Part shown: in pieces, positions 54,752 to 64,000 of the stretch
Numbering within the stretch: position 1 is the first letter of the stretch
How the letters are laid out: each line of letters starts with the position of its first letter
NCBI GenBank assembly: GCA_964355075.1
Contig: CAYHCF010000003.1
Span: forward strand, 1,861 to 65,860
DNA: 64,000 bases
Reading direction: 5' to 3'
Source: an uncultured Chitinophaga sp.
GTDB taxonomy: Bacteria; Bacteroidota; Bacteroidia; UKL13-3
Made by a program: the position numbers and the translations under genes
The notes under the pieces: generated by a model
Told to the model about the DNA's origin: nothing
What the model saw: the letters and a program-made list of their open reading frames with translations, nothing else
Databases searched by the model: none

Positions 54752-55228
54752 CTATATTTTTTCAAGCAATACCACAGCGTAAGCCGCAATGCCTTCCTCA
54801 CGGCCAATGAAGCCTAACTTTTCGTTGGTGGTAGCCTTAATTGAAATATCATCTGGGGTTATCATACCTATTTCGGCAATGCAGGCACGCATAGCATCAG
54901 CGTAGGGCATGATTTTTGGTTTCTCACAGACAACACTGCTGTCCATATTTACGATTCTAAATCCTTTTTCCGTCATCAACCCAATGCATTTTTTTAGGAT
55001 CAGTTTGCTATCTATTCCCTTTATATTTTGGTCAGTATCCGGAAAGTGTTTGCCAATATCTCCAAGGGCTAAAGCTCCCAGAATGGCATCACAAATTGCA
55101 TGTAATAAAACATCTGCATCGCTATGGCCAAGAATTCCTTTTTCGGCAGGAATTTTTATCCCTCCAAGCCAGAACTCTCTTTCTTCAGAAAGTTGGTGTA
55201 CATCATAGCCAAAGCCTATTCTGTTCAT
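54752..55228 (-). CDS. ispF: 2-C-methyl-D-erythritol 2,4-cyclodiphosphate synthase.
   Basis: Motifs IGFGYDVHQL and HSDADVLLHAICDAILGA. Confidence 0.95.
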   Translation of the reverse strand: MNRIGFGYDVHQLSEEREFWLGGIKIPAEKGILGHSDADVLLHAICDAILGALALGDIGKHFPDTDQNIKGIDSKLILKKCIGLMTEKGFRIVNMDSSVVCEKPKIMPYADAMRACIAEIGMITPDDISIKATTNEKLGFIGREEGIAAYAVVLLEKI

Positions 55229-56505
55229 TACTGGGATGGAGCTGTATTTCTCTCCTCTTTGTTTTGTGTAGCAAATGCATCCAGATCAAAAATCAGGCTG
55301 AAACGAAGGGTTCTTTCCAGCGGATTTCTTTGCTCGAAAGGTATGAGATAGGAAACATCTAAACCAAATACATTAAAGCGAAATCCGGCCCCAAAAGTTA
55401 AATATTTACGATTGCCTTTAGTGGGGTGCTCATAAAAATAACCGGCACGTAAAGCAAACTGTTTATCATACCAGTATTCGAGTCCGCCGGAAATATTAAT
55501 TTCATGAAGCTCTTCTTTCCAGCCACCCGGCGCGTCACTAAATGATTGCACCATACCCTGAACAACAGGTACATCCGGATCCCTTCCGGCATCAATAACA
55601 GGCTTGTTGTCTTGAATAACAATAACGCCGGCGCTGTCTCTTCTATAAACAGGACTTGTAGGAACCAATAATTTATTAAAATCTATCGCAAAAGCAATGG
55701 TATTGTATTTGTCAATTTCAATTTGGTCATAAACTCCGGCACGCATATTAATAGGTATAAAATTCTGATATTGCTTGCTGGTATATGAAATTTTTGAACC
55801 AATATTGGTAATGGCAAAACCTAACCCATAGTTCATATCATATTTTTTACCATCTAATTTTACTTTTCGGGTATTTTTATAATAAGCGGCAATATCACCG
55901 GCATAGGCGTTTCCGGCCTGAACCGGTGTTTGTGACTGGTTGAACCCTCCGGCCAAATCAGAACGGATATATCGCAAGGCAACTCCCAGAGAGAAATGCT
56001 CAGACAATTTGGAAGCATATCCTAAATCTATTGCCAATTCATTCGGGGTATAATTCCCGGTACTATTTCCAAACTGATCTGTAAACTGAATTTGACCCAA
56101 AGAAAAATATCTCAATGAACCGGCCACCACAGAGCGGTCGTTAATTTTTGCAAACCCCGACATATATCCCAAAGAGATATCGGGTACAAGATTTCTTAAC
56201 CAGGGTGTATAGGAAAGAGAAATAGCCCCTTTTTTATCGTTAAATGGATATTTGGCTATATTCCAATGCATGGCGTTTGGGTCGTTAGGGGTGGCAACGC
56301 CAACATCTCCCATGGCTCCACCGCGTGCTTCAGGGGTAATCATTAAAAAGGGAACGGCTGTAGTAATGGTGTTTCTTCTTCCGTCTAATCCGGTTCCGGA
56401 ATTATTTACTCCTCCTGTTACCTGGGCTTTTACATTAAAAAAAACACCAAATGATAGCAGGCATACAAGAGCCGTTTTTTTAATATATATATTTTTTATG
56501 TTCAT
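55228..56505 (-). CDS. porV: Type IX secretion system outer-membrane shuttle protein PorV (LptO).
   Basis: Signal peptide plus a beta-barrel. The N-terminal motif ..AVPFLMITPEARGGAMGDVGVAT.. is characteristic of PorV. Lies immediately downstream of porU, the usual porU-porV arrangement. Confidence 0.8.
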   Translation of the reverse strand: MNIKNIYIKKTALVCLLSFGVFFNVKAQVTGGVNNSGTGLDGRRNTITTAVPFLMITPEARGGAMGDVGVATPNDPNAMHWNIAKYPFNDKKGAISLSYTPWLRNLVPDISLGYMSGFAKINDRSVVAGSLRYFSLGQIQFTDQFGNSTGNYTPNELAIDLGYASKLSEHFSLGVALRYIRSDLAGGFNQSQTPVQAGNAYAGDIAAYYKNTRKVKLDGKKYDMNYGLGFAITNIGSKISYTSKQYQNFIPINMRAGVYDQIEIDKYNTIAFAIDFNKLLVPTSPVYRRDSAGVIVIQDNKPVIDAGRDPDVPVVQGMVQSFSDAPGGWKEELHEINISGGLEYWYDKQFALRAGYFYEHPTKGNRKYLTFGAGFRFNVFGLDVSYLIPFEQRNPLERTLRFSLIFDLDAFATQNKEERNTAPSQ

Positions 56506-56549
56506 AGAATTTCCGCGAACAAAAATAATTTTCTGTTCAAGTTTAGCAA

Positions 56550-59500
56550 TTAATTTAGAATAACCAATTTTTCGATTTTTTCAACAGCTTTATTTCCAGG
56601 CGATTTAAGTTTGAGTTTGTAAATATAAACTCCTTTTGCCAGACGGTCGCCGAATTCGTCTTTTGCATCCCAATTGAGTTGATCAAAATGATTCCCATCG
56701 GCAAATATATCAGTTTGTAAGGTCTTAATCATTTTTCCGCTTACCGTAAAAATCTGAATCATTACAGAAATGTTCTCTCCTGGCTGGTTGTGATCGAAAT
56801 GAAATGTGGTGTGATCATTAAAAGGATTTGGATAATTTAATAAATGGGTAATTTCCGGTTTAGCAGAATTTTTAACCTCAAAATCCAGGATAGCCTCCGA
56901 TAAATTATTGTAGACATCGTAAGCTTTAAATTTTATCTGGTGTTTTCCTGCCCTTAAATTCTTGTATTTATATTGAACTTCCCCACTTTGATAGCTGTTA
57001 ATAGTTGCCTGATAATAGTCGTTCATGATGATACTTTGCGTATAATTATTATTTAAGATCCCCGTTAAATCGCGTCCGATTCCTCTGCCTGTTGTGTTTA
57101 TTCCATTTTCATCATAGAGTTTGGCTATAAAAGTAGGACTTTCATTAGATAAACCGCCGTTCACAAATTTTTCGTCGTTCAGAAATAATTTAATTTCAGG
57201 TCCTTTTTTATCAATGGAAGCGCTATCACTGGTTCCACCAATTAATATTTTATTATCATACCCGTTGGCGTCGGCAATATCATTATTTGAATAATAACTT
57301 ATTTTGCCTTTTCCATATTCGTAGGCAATATCTTTTGGTACGATGAATGTAAATTTAAAGCTTCCGTTTTCAACACTCGATTTTCCCCGGTAAAGAACAT
57401 TATTCTGCATAATAAAAGGTACCGCAAGATTTGATGGGGCATCGTTTCCCAAAGTAGTATAGATGGCAAATTTGTCGTATACGGTTGGGAAAATAATGCC
57501 ATTGAAATTTTTCATGATATTCCCGCTTTTATCGGTAATAACCCCACTCATCTCAAATTTTTTTAAGGCCTTTAACGTATCCGAAAAAATAGAAGAGGCG
57601 ATACCGTTGATGAAAGTAGTTTTAACTTCATAATTGGGATAGGCCAAAGTTAACATGGGATCTCCCAAAAGCGTGAAGTTTCGGGTATTGGCAGAAACAG
57701 TGGCATTTTTTGTTTCCCGAATAATGTCACCTAAACGGGGAGGGTTCAGTTGCGATATGGAATCGAATCCGGCATGCTCATAGAACCGTTCATTTAAGAG
57801 TGCATTTTCCCCTGAATATACCAGGCGAACAGTTGTAAACAGGCCTATTCCTCCTCCATTTGGATTCAATAAAACCAGTTCTCCGGCCGCGTTTCTGGCG
57901 GGATCATCAAATCTGCTGAATTCGCAGGTAGCAGTTACAAACAAAGGCAACCTTACATTACCCGTAGAATTCAATCCGTTAGTCCAACTGTTAATATCAT
58001 CAATCCCCATTACCCGTTCGGCGGTTAAGCCCACCTCGCCTCCGTGTCCGGTATAGTTAAATACCAAACATCCTTTATCAACCGCGTTGTTAAAAGCAGT
58101 TTGTGCATCAGGATATCTCGAACCACCGGCTGTACTTTCTTTTTTGTAAGCATCTAAAAATATCTTCTCAACATTGTATTCCGGATATTTGTTTAAAATA
58201 ATATTAGCCAGATCATCTGACTGCTTTTGGTGCGTGTTACCATCTCCGTCATCAGCTGTAAAAACAAGTACATTTCGCCAATTTGCCAATGAATTATTTG
58301 AAGTATAGGAAATAATTTTGTTAACCAAAGAATTGGCTTCTTCATTGTTGGAAACAGGTAATCTGCCAATTCCAATATCCAATAATTCATTGCCGGCACC
58401 TAATTCCCATCGCCCCTCATTATCATCTAACAGGGCAATAAAGTCATCGCTGCAATAGGAACCCGTCGGATCAAATGATTCAATACTTTCGAAGGTAGGA
58501 ATGAAATTTGTATTGGGGTTTTGACGATACTTATAATCATAAGAAGCTCTTCCCATCAAAGTAACAAAGGCCGGAATTTCAGCGGGAACAGTTGCGCGTT
58601 TATAAAACATGCGTAAAAAATCGCGGGTTGCACATAAATCCGGAGCCCCGCCAGAAAACTCGTTATAAATATCCTGAATATTTACAACATGTACAGTCAT
58701 GCTGTCAAATTTTCTGTGGTGTTCGGCCAAACGTTTCGCCTCAGTCAGGAATAAAGGGTGCGTGATAATAAACCCATTCGCAAAAGGCAGTGCATGTAAA
58801 TTCTGATTGGCAACTTTCCCTGCATTGATTACCTGAAAAAAATTGCTTCCATCATATACGGCAAATAATTTTAAGCTATCAGTATTTGCAATAAAACTAT
58901 AGGTGCTTCCAGTGAGGGCGCCCTCAATAATAAATGGAGAAACAGGATCGCTTACATCTAAAATGGTAAGGTTGCGGTTTGCGGCAATATCAAACTGTGT
59001 TTTTTTTCCTGAACCGATATTTGCGGAACTTCTGAAGACAAAATTACCATTATAGTTTCTCAACTCGGCTTTTGCCTGAAGTTCAAAATAATCTAACCAA
59101 CCTATACTTCCGCTCGCAGGTTTGTTATAATAATAATCAAGCGTAAAATTAGAGGAGGCATTTGTAAATGTGGTGCTGCCAAATTGCAAACCACAAGTAA
59201 AGGGTTGCTCATAACCCGGTGAAATGGTGGAACAGGGATGTGTTAATATCGTGGTCCCGTTCAGTATTACTTTAAACTCACTGCTTACAAATGACCGTGC
59301 TGTAACAGATGAGTTGAGTAAGATCGGTTCAGTACTTATTAAAAAAGGTATGCTTACATTAAAACTCTGTTGCGTAACACGGTCAAATTCTTCGCCAACC
59401 CATACTTTACCGGATTTAATTAAATTCGACTTTTCGTTTTCATAACAATAAAGAAAATTATAACTATTCTGAACCGCATCCGGATTGGTTTGAATGGAAT

Positions 59501-60425
59501 TTTTTTGAATACGCTTCCCGGTCTGATTACCGATGGTCAGGAAATAATAAGTTGTATCGCAGTATAAATTTGAGAAATGAGAGAATTTTGAGCTTGCAGG
59601 ATCAAACTTCCATTGATTCAATTGAGATTCTCCATAAAACGCTATGTAATCGCCTGGGTTAAATTTCCCGTCACTTTCTCCCTGAACCGTTATTGAAATT
59701 TCGGCTAAATCATCAATTCTGTTTTTTGAATTTCCCTGCGGTAACATCCCGGCTCCATGTCCAAATAATTGAATTTTTCGGGGATCAATGGCATCTACAT
59801 CCATTCCGATATTTTTTAAAGTGGCATAATCAATCCGGTATATTCCATTGGTAACAGTCGCAAGTTTGAACCAATTTCCGCTTGACAGTACCGAACTTGA
59901 TGCATAAGGCTTTTTATTCCTAACCCATGAATTAGCTAATTTTGGCCTGCTCACAATCCGAATAGAAAATGAAATCAACTTTTGGATCATGCCCTGATTT
60001 AAGGCAAGAGGTATAAAACTCACAATAACGGTTGGTTTGCCTCTTTGAAAACCCAACTCATATTTAAGCTGAAAATTATCTTTCAAAAAATTATTTGATT
60101 GAACCCAATCCGGATTAATATTTTCAGATTTCGTAGAAATAATGGAAACATTTTCCAATATTTCATCATCAATCGGGAAAATTTCCTGAAAAAATGGAAG
60201 ATAATTTTTTTCTAAAAAATTATTTGCACCGTCAAAAGTCAGGTAGTTTGTGAAGGTTTTACCGCCAATTGAGTAATCATGATACAATTTCCAATTTAGG
60301 GTCCTATTTATAGTAAAAGTGCCTGCAAATAAAGCAGTTGGAAACAAAAGGAAGCTCGATAATATACAGCATAATGGTATCTTAAAATCTCTATTTTTAC
60401 GAAAAAATTGCATATTAAAATACAA
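56550..60425 (-). CDS. porU: Type IX secretion system sortase PorU (C25 gingipain-like peptidase that removes the C-terminal domain from cargo).
   Basis: C25 catalytic dyad contexts ..NYTGHGGEVG.. (His) and ..TATCEFSRFDDP.. (Cys). Its own C-terminal domain is ..LLNYPNPFNDHTTFHF..GVYIYKLKL... Adjacent to porV and gldJ as in other gliding Bacteroidota. Confidence 0.8.
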   Translation of the reverse strand: MYFNMQFFRKNRDFKIPLCCILSSFLLFPTALFAGTFTINRTLNWKLYHDYSIGGKTFTNYLTFDGANNFLEKNYLPFFQEIFPIDDEILENVSIISTKSENINPDWVQSNNFLKDNFQLKYELGFQRGKPTVIVSFIPLALNQGMIQKLISFSIRIVSRPKLANSWVRNKKPYASSSVLSSGNWFKLATVTNGIYRIDYATLKNIGMDVDAIDPRKIQLFGHGAGMLPQGNSKNRIDDLAEISITVQGESDGKFNPGDYIAFYGESQLNQWKFDPASSKFSHFSNLYCDTTYYFLTIGNQTGKRIQKNSIQTNPDAVQNSYNFLYCYENEKSNLIKSGKVWVGEEFDRVTQQSFNVSIPFLISTEPILLNSSVTARSFVSSEFKVILNGTTILTHPCSTISPGYEQPFTCGLQFGSTTFTNASSNFTLDYYYNKPASGSIGWLDYFELQAKAELRNYNGNFVFRSSANIGSGKKTQFDIAANRNLTILDVSDPVSPFIIEGALTGSTYSFIANTDSLKLFAVYDGSNFFQVINAGKVANQNLHALPFANGFIITHPLFLTEAKRLAEHHRKFDSMTVHVVNIQDIYNEFSGGAPDLCATRDFLRMFYKRATVPAEIPAFVTLMGRASYDYKYRQNPNTNFIPTFESIESFDPTGSYCSDDFIALLDDNEGRWELGAGNELLDIGIGRLPVSNNEEANSLVNKIISYTSNNSLANWRNVLVFTADDGDGNTHQKQSDDLANIILNKYPEYNVEKIFLDAYKKESTAGGSRYPDAQTAFNNAVDKGCLVFNYTGHGGEVGLTAERVMGIDDINSWTNGLNSTGNVRLPLFVTATCEFSRFDDPARNAAGELVLLNPNGGGIGLFTTVRLVYSGENALLNERFYEHAGFDSISQLNPPRLGDIIRETKNATVSANTRNFTLLGDPMLTLAYPNYEVKTTFINGIASSIFSDTLKALKKFEMSGVITDKSGNIMKNFNGIIFPTVYDKFAIYTTLGNDAPSNLAVPFIMQNNVLYRGKSSVENGSFKFTFIVPKDIAYEYGKGKISYYSNNDIADANGYDNKILIGGTSDSASIDKKGPEIKLFLNDEKFVNGGLSNESPTFIAKLYDENGINTTGRGIGRDLTGILNNNYTQSIIMNDYYQATINSYQSGEVQYKYKNLRAGKHQIKFKAYDVYNNLSEAILDFEVKNSAKPEITHLLNYPNPFNDHTTFHFDHNQPGENISVMIQIFTVSGKMIKTLQTDIFADGNHFDQLNWDAKDEFGDRLAKGVYIYKLKLKSPGNKAVEKIEKLVILN

Positions 60426-60561
60426 AATACTTATTATTGAAAGTTAATTAGGTAGCTTTTAAACGACAACAAATAAAAAGAAATTGTGTTATTCTATTAA
60501 ACTTTATTAAAAGTTTAACAGTACTATTGCAATAAATTACGTGTAGTATTCGAAATTTAAA

Positions 60562-61557
60562 ATGATCTTGAGAGAAGCCTTAACGCTTAAAGCATACATA
60601 TTAATTCTATTGTTTTTGACAGTAGAAATAGAAGCGTGGGCGCAGGATCCTCAGTTTTCTCAATTCTATGCAAATCCAATTTACACAAACCCTGCGTTCG
60701 CCGGCAGTTCTAAAGTCGGCAGGTTCGTTATAAATGCACGTAACCAATGGCCAAGCATTTCAGGGGCTTTCCGCACCGGTTCGTTTAGTTATGATGAACA
60801 TTTTGATAATATTAATGGAGGAATTGGGGTACAGGCAACTTATGATGAACAGGGAGTGGGAACCTTGCGAACAACCGGTATAACACTCATGTATTCCTAC
60901 CAAATTGCAATTAACCGGAGGCTTACGATGCGGGCTTCCGTACAGGCAGGTTATATGCAAAAAACGATCGACTTTAATAAATTACTTTGGTATGATCAAA
61001 TAGTTTTGACACAGGGTTTTATTCGTCCTACCAGTGAACCCAATGGAAATAATGCCGTTAATATCACAAATTTTGCTGCAGGGATTGTTACCTATACCAA
61101 GAATTTTTATGCTGGGATGGCTGTTCATAATATTTTTGAACCGGAGCAGGATTTTTATTCAGGCATAGGAAATAATATCCCGAGAAGGTACACAGCCAAT
61201 GTAGGATTGGTAATTCCGGTGGTTGAAAGCAGGCATGAGAGCCGGCAGGTAAATATTTATCCAAATGTGATTGTAAAGTCGCAGCGGCAATTCAATCAAT
61301 TAAATATAGGATTGTATGCAAGTAAAGGCAATTTCGTCGGAGGACTCTATTTCCGCCAAAATACAGTAAATGCAGATGCCTTTATTTTTCTTATTGGAAT
61401 TAGAGCCAAAGCCATAAAAGTGGGTTATTCTTATGATGCCACAGTTAGTACTGCGCGCACGGGTGCGGTAAATTCACATGAACTTTCCGTAGCCTTTGAA
61501 ATTAAGAAAAGAGTTCCAAAAGTGGTTATCAGAAAGTTGACTTGCCCGGATTATTAA
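60562..61557 (+). CDS. PorP/SprF-family T9SS outer-membrane protein, paralog 1.
   Basis: Signature N-terminus AQDPQFSQFYANPIYTNPAFAG after the signal peptide. Beta-barrel-like remainder. Confidence 0.85.
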   Translation: MILREALTLKAYILILLFLTVEIEAWAQDPQFSQFYANPIYTNPAFAGSSKVGRFVINARNQWPSISGAFRTGSFSYDEHFDNINGGIGVQATYDEQGVGTLRTTGITLMYSYQIAINRRLTMRASVQAGYMQKTIDFNKLLWYDQIVLTQGFIRPTSEPNGNNAVNITNFAAGIVTYTKNFYAGMAVHNIFEPEQDFYSGIGNNIPRRYTANVGLVIPVVESRHESRQVNIYPNVIVKSQRQFNQLNIGLYASKGNFVGGLYFRQNTVNADAFIFLIGIRAKAIKVGYSYDATVSTARTGAVNSHELSVAFEIKKRVPKVVIRKLTCPDY

Positions 61558-61591
61558 ATATTAAAATTAATTTTGTATATTGCGGTAACAT

Positions 61592-62593
61592 TTGAGTCAG
61601 ATGAAATCAATATTTAGCATATTTATCCTGCTTATAGTAACGCTTTCGGAGGTATTGGCTCAGGATCCTCAATTGAGCCAATATTATTCATCAGCCTTAT
61701 TTACCAATCCCGCCATGGCCGGAGCTTCCAGAAATATTCGGTTTGCTACTTCAGCAAGAAGCCAGTACACCAAATTGAATAATAATTACAAAACCGGTGT
61801 ATTTAGTGCAGATGCTTATATAGGTAAAGTAAAAAGTGGATTAGGGCTTGTTGGTATATATGATGTGGCCGGAGATGGCTTTTTGACTACTACTTCGATA
61901 AGTGCTATTTATTGTTATAACGCTGAAATTAGTCGTGAATGGGCTTTTAATGGTGCTTTACAGGGAGGAATCATTCAGAAAAAATATGATTTCAATAAGT
62001 TCATTTTTGAAGATATGATTGATCCGATTAGAGGTCCTGTTAATCCTACCGCTGAGAAGCTGGTAGTGGACCAGATTTCGATTCCAAATTTTTCTTCTGG
62101 GTTTATGCTTTATAACAGCAAAATGTTTTTTGGAACGGCCATTCATAACATGTTGGAACCCAATCAATCATTTTATACGCCGAATAAGGACAATTCTGAA
62201 TTGAAACTGCCGAGAAGGTATACTTTCCATGCCGGTATCAATATTGATATGAAAAAAACCCGTTACGAGGAAAATAGAGTTATTTTTTCTCCTAACCTGT
62301 TATTTATGCAGCAGAGAAGCTTCTACCAATTGAACTTAGGTTTTTACGTTAAACAAAAATCTTTAACCCTGGGAGCCTGGTTCCGGCAGACTTCAAATAA
62401 TGCTGATGCAGCAATATTTATGATTGGATTGCGTTTTCCTGGTTTAAAAGTGGGTTATAGCTATGATGCTGTGGTTTCAAAGGCCAGAACAGCTACTGTT
62501 GGGTCACATGAAATATCGTTAGTGTTTGAAATTCAGCCAAGAATAAAATCCGGAGTACGTTATAATAAACGTTTAAAATGTCCGCAACTTTAG
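61592..62593 (+). CDS. PorP/SprF-family T9SS outer-membrane protein, paralog 2.
   Basis: AQDPQLSQYYSSALFTNPAMAG signature. About 30% identical to paralog 1 by eye. Confidence 0.85.
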   Translation: MSQMKSIFSIFILLIVTLSEVLAQDPQLSQYYSSALFTNPAMAGASRNIRFATSARSQYTKLNNNYKTGVFSADAYIGKVKSGLGLVGIYDVAGDGFLTTTSISAIYCYNAEISREWAFNGALQGGIIQKKYDFNKFIFEDMIDPIRGPVNPTAEKLVVDQISIPNFSSGFMLYNSKMFFGTAIHNMLEPNQSFYTPNKDNSELKLPRRYTFHAGINIDMKKTRYEENRVIFSPNLLFMQQRSFYQLNLGFYVKQKSLTLGAWFRQTSNNADAAIFMIGLRFPGLKVGYSYDAVVSKARTATVGSHEISLVFEIQPRIKSGVRYNKRLKCPQL

Positions 62594-62698
62594 CTTATAG
62601 GTGCTTAAAACAGTGAGAACAGGCAATAAAATCAGGCAAAAAAAAATTTTTATTTGAAAAATCCGTTATATTTGAAAATTCCTAATCATATAATAGCA

Positions 62699-64000
62699 AT
62701 GAAAGTTGTGTCAAAAATTTTCTTCTTTTCGTTTTTGTGTGCAGTCGTTTTTTCAATGACTTCTTGCCATAAAGCGGGTAAATCGAGTACTACCGGATGG
62801 AAGTACAATGATCCAAAATGGGGTGGCTTCGAAAAGCATAAGTTTAAAGAACAAGAAACCGGCCCGGGCCTTGTTTTTATTGAAGGGGGTACCTTTACTA
62901 TGGGTGTAACAGAAACCGACTTAACCTACGACCATAATAATTTCAAGCGCAGGATTTCTGTGAGCAGTTTCTATATAGACGAAACTGAGGTAACTAATTT
63001 TCACTACCTCGAATACCTGCATTGGTTGATGCGGCAGTACTCCGACAATCCGATTATTTTCAAAAAAGCCCTTCCTGATACCTTGGTTTGGCGTGATAAA
63101 TTATCCTATAATGAGCCTTATGTGCTTTATTATTTACGTCATCCGGCCTACCGCGATTACCCGGTTGTTGGTGTTAGTTGGGTTCAATCCAGTGAGTATT
63201 GCAAATGGCGTACTGATCGCGTAAATGAAATGATTATGGTTCGTGAAGGTTTAATTCGCCTGGATATCCAGAAACAAACCGGAGATGTTAACTTTAATAC
63301 AGAAGCCTATTTACTCGGTTTGTATGACCCTACAGTGAAAAAGGAATTAAGAGATTACTCGCCGGGAGGAAAAACAAGAAAAGTAAGGATGGAAGATGGT
63401 ATTCTGCTTCCTAGCTATCGGCTTCCAACAGAATCAGAGTGGGAATATGCCGCAGCTGGTTTTAAATCAGCTGGTTACAACGAAAATGTGGATATTAAGC
63501 GTATATATCCATGGAATGGCTTAACCTTACGCAGGTCGGATACCGAAAAGACCCGTGGTAAAATGTATGCCAATTATCAACGTGGACGTGGGGATGGAGC
63601 AGGTATTGCAGGAAACTTGAATGATGGTGCACTCTATACTACGCATGTAAAAGACAAACAATTTTTACCGAACGATCTGGGTTTATACCATATGGCTGGT
63701 AATGTGAGCGAATGGACAAATGATGTTTTTCGCCCCCTATCTCTCGAAGATATGACCGGCTTTAACCCTTACCGTGGCAATAGCTATAAAAAATTTAAAA
63801 CCGATGCCGATGGTTACATTTCAGAGAAAGACAGTCTTGGGCGCTTAATTTATATTGATGTTACCGAAGAAGACAACGCAAAGCGCAGAAACTATAAACG
63901 TTCTGATAATATTGGCTACAAAGACGAGTTGCAATATATTGATATTGAGCAAAAATACGAATATGGAGCGACCACTTTAATTGATAATGCTGCCCGTGTT
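62699..64000 (+). CDS. gldJ: Gliding-motility lipoprotein GldJ (formylglycine-generating-enzyme/SUMF1-like fold). The 3' end runs off the window.
   Basis: Lipoprotein signal ..FSMTSC. FGE-sulfatase-like motifs (..GGTFTMG.., ..YRLPTESEWEYAAAG.., ..GLYHMAGNVSEWT..). No stop codon before position 64000, which is why it is absent from the ORF track. Confidence 0.8.
   Translation, partial: MKVVSKIFFFSFLCAVVFSMTSCHKAGKSSTTGWKYNDPKWGGFEKHKFKEQETGPGLVFIEGGTFTMGVTETDLTYDHNNFKRRISVSSFYIDETEVTNFHYLEYLHWLMRQYSDNPIIFKKALPDTLVWRDKLSYNEPYVLYYLRHPAYRDYPVVGVSWVQSSEYCKWRTDRVNEMIMVREGLIRLDIQKQTGDVNFNTEAYLLGLYDPTVKKELRDYSPGGKTRKVRMEDGILLPSYRLPTESEWEYAAAGFKSAGYNENVDIKRIYPWNGLTLRRSDTEKTRGKMYANYQRGRGDGAGIAGNLNDGALYTTHVKDKQFLPNDLGLYHMAGNVSEWTNDVFRPLSLEDMTGFNPYRGNSYKKFKTDADGYISEKDSLGRLIYIDVTEEDNAKRRNYKRSDNIGYKDELQYIDIEQKYEYGATTLIDNAARV

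Noticed and set aside
1-64000. Search for transposases, integrases, recombinases, reverse transcriptase (DGR), tRNA or rRNA genes that could explain the paralog array as a mobile or diversifying element.
   Set aside because: No ORF with DDE, tyrosine or serine recombinase or RT motifs, and no tRNA- or rRNA-like sequence, was seen by eye. The array looks like a product of homologous recombination rather than a mobile element. A systematic tRNAscan/ISfinder run would confirm.

Overview
Chromosomal segment from a gliding, T9SS-bearing member of the Bacteroidota (AT-rich, about 40% GC). The T9SS machinery genes porV, porU, two porP/sprF paralogs and gldJ sit at the 3' end of the window. The dominant feature is a five-member paralogous family of 1340-1384 aa secreted proteins occupying about 21 kb. 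Three copies lie in tandem on the minus strand (691-13399) and two in tandem on the plus strand (28995-37388). Each has its own signal peptide and a different N-terminal head: GEVED in two copies, a CUB-like domain, a discoidin/F5-8 type C domain, and one unrecognised head. The heads are fused to an almost identical body of PKD-like modules, four DUF5011-like Ig repeats and a type-A T9SS C-terminal sorting domain. A central block of about 1.25-1.3 kb appears base-identical in all five copies while the flanks are mosaic, which argues for ongoing gene conversion. The two arrays form kb-scale inverted repeats bracketing a 15.6 kb housekeeping segment (scoA, clpS, plsY, tpiA, rpmE, hup, aroK, folP, cdaA, yajQ) that could invert by homologous recombination. 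Orphan copies of the gene 3' end (13575-13600, 33018-33043) look like recombination scars. I found no transposase, integrase, reverse transcriptase, CRISPR array, tRNA or rRNA. Other items are a 2845 aa beta-helix/PKD/MAM-like T9SS protein, a 1461 aa uncharacterised secreted protein, a UvrD-helicase/RecB-Cas4-like nuclease fusion, a GC-rich ~390 bp element with ~50 bp imperfect terminal inverted repeats (21008-21395), and a cluster of REP-like 'GTCATCCTGAGC..GTCGAAGGA' palindromic repeats (49138-49440, plus a copy at 14473). All identity and similarity statements are by-eye reading of sequence and translations. No database search was run.
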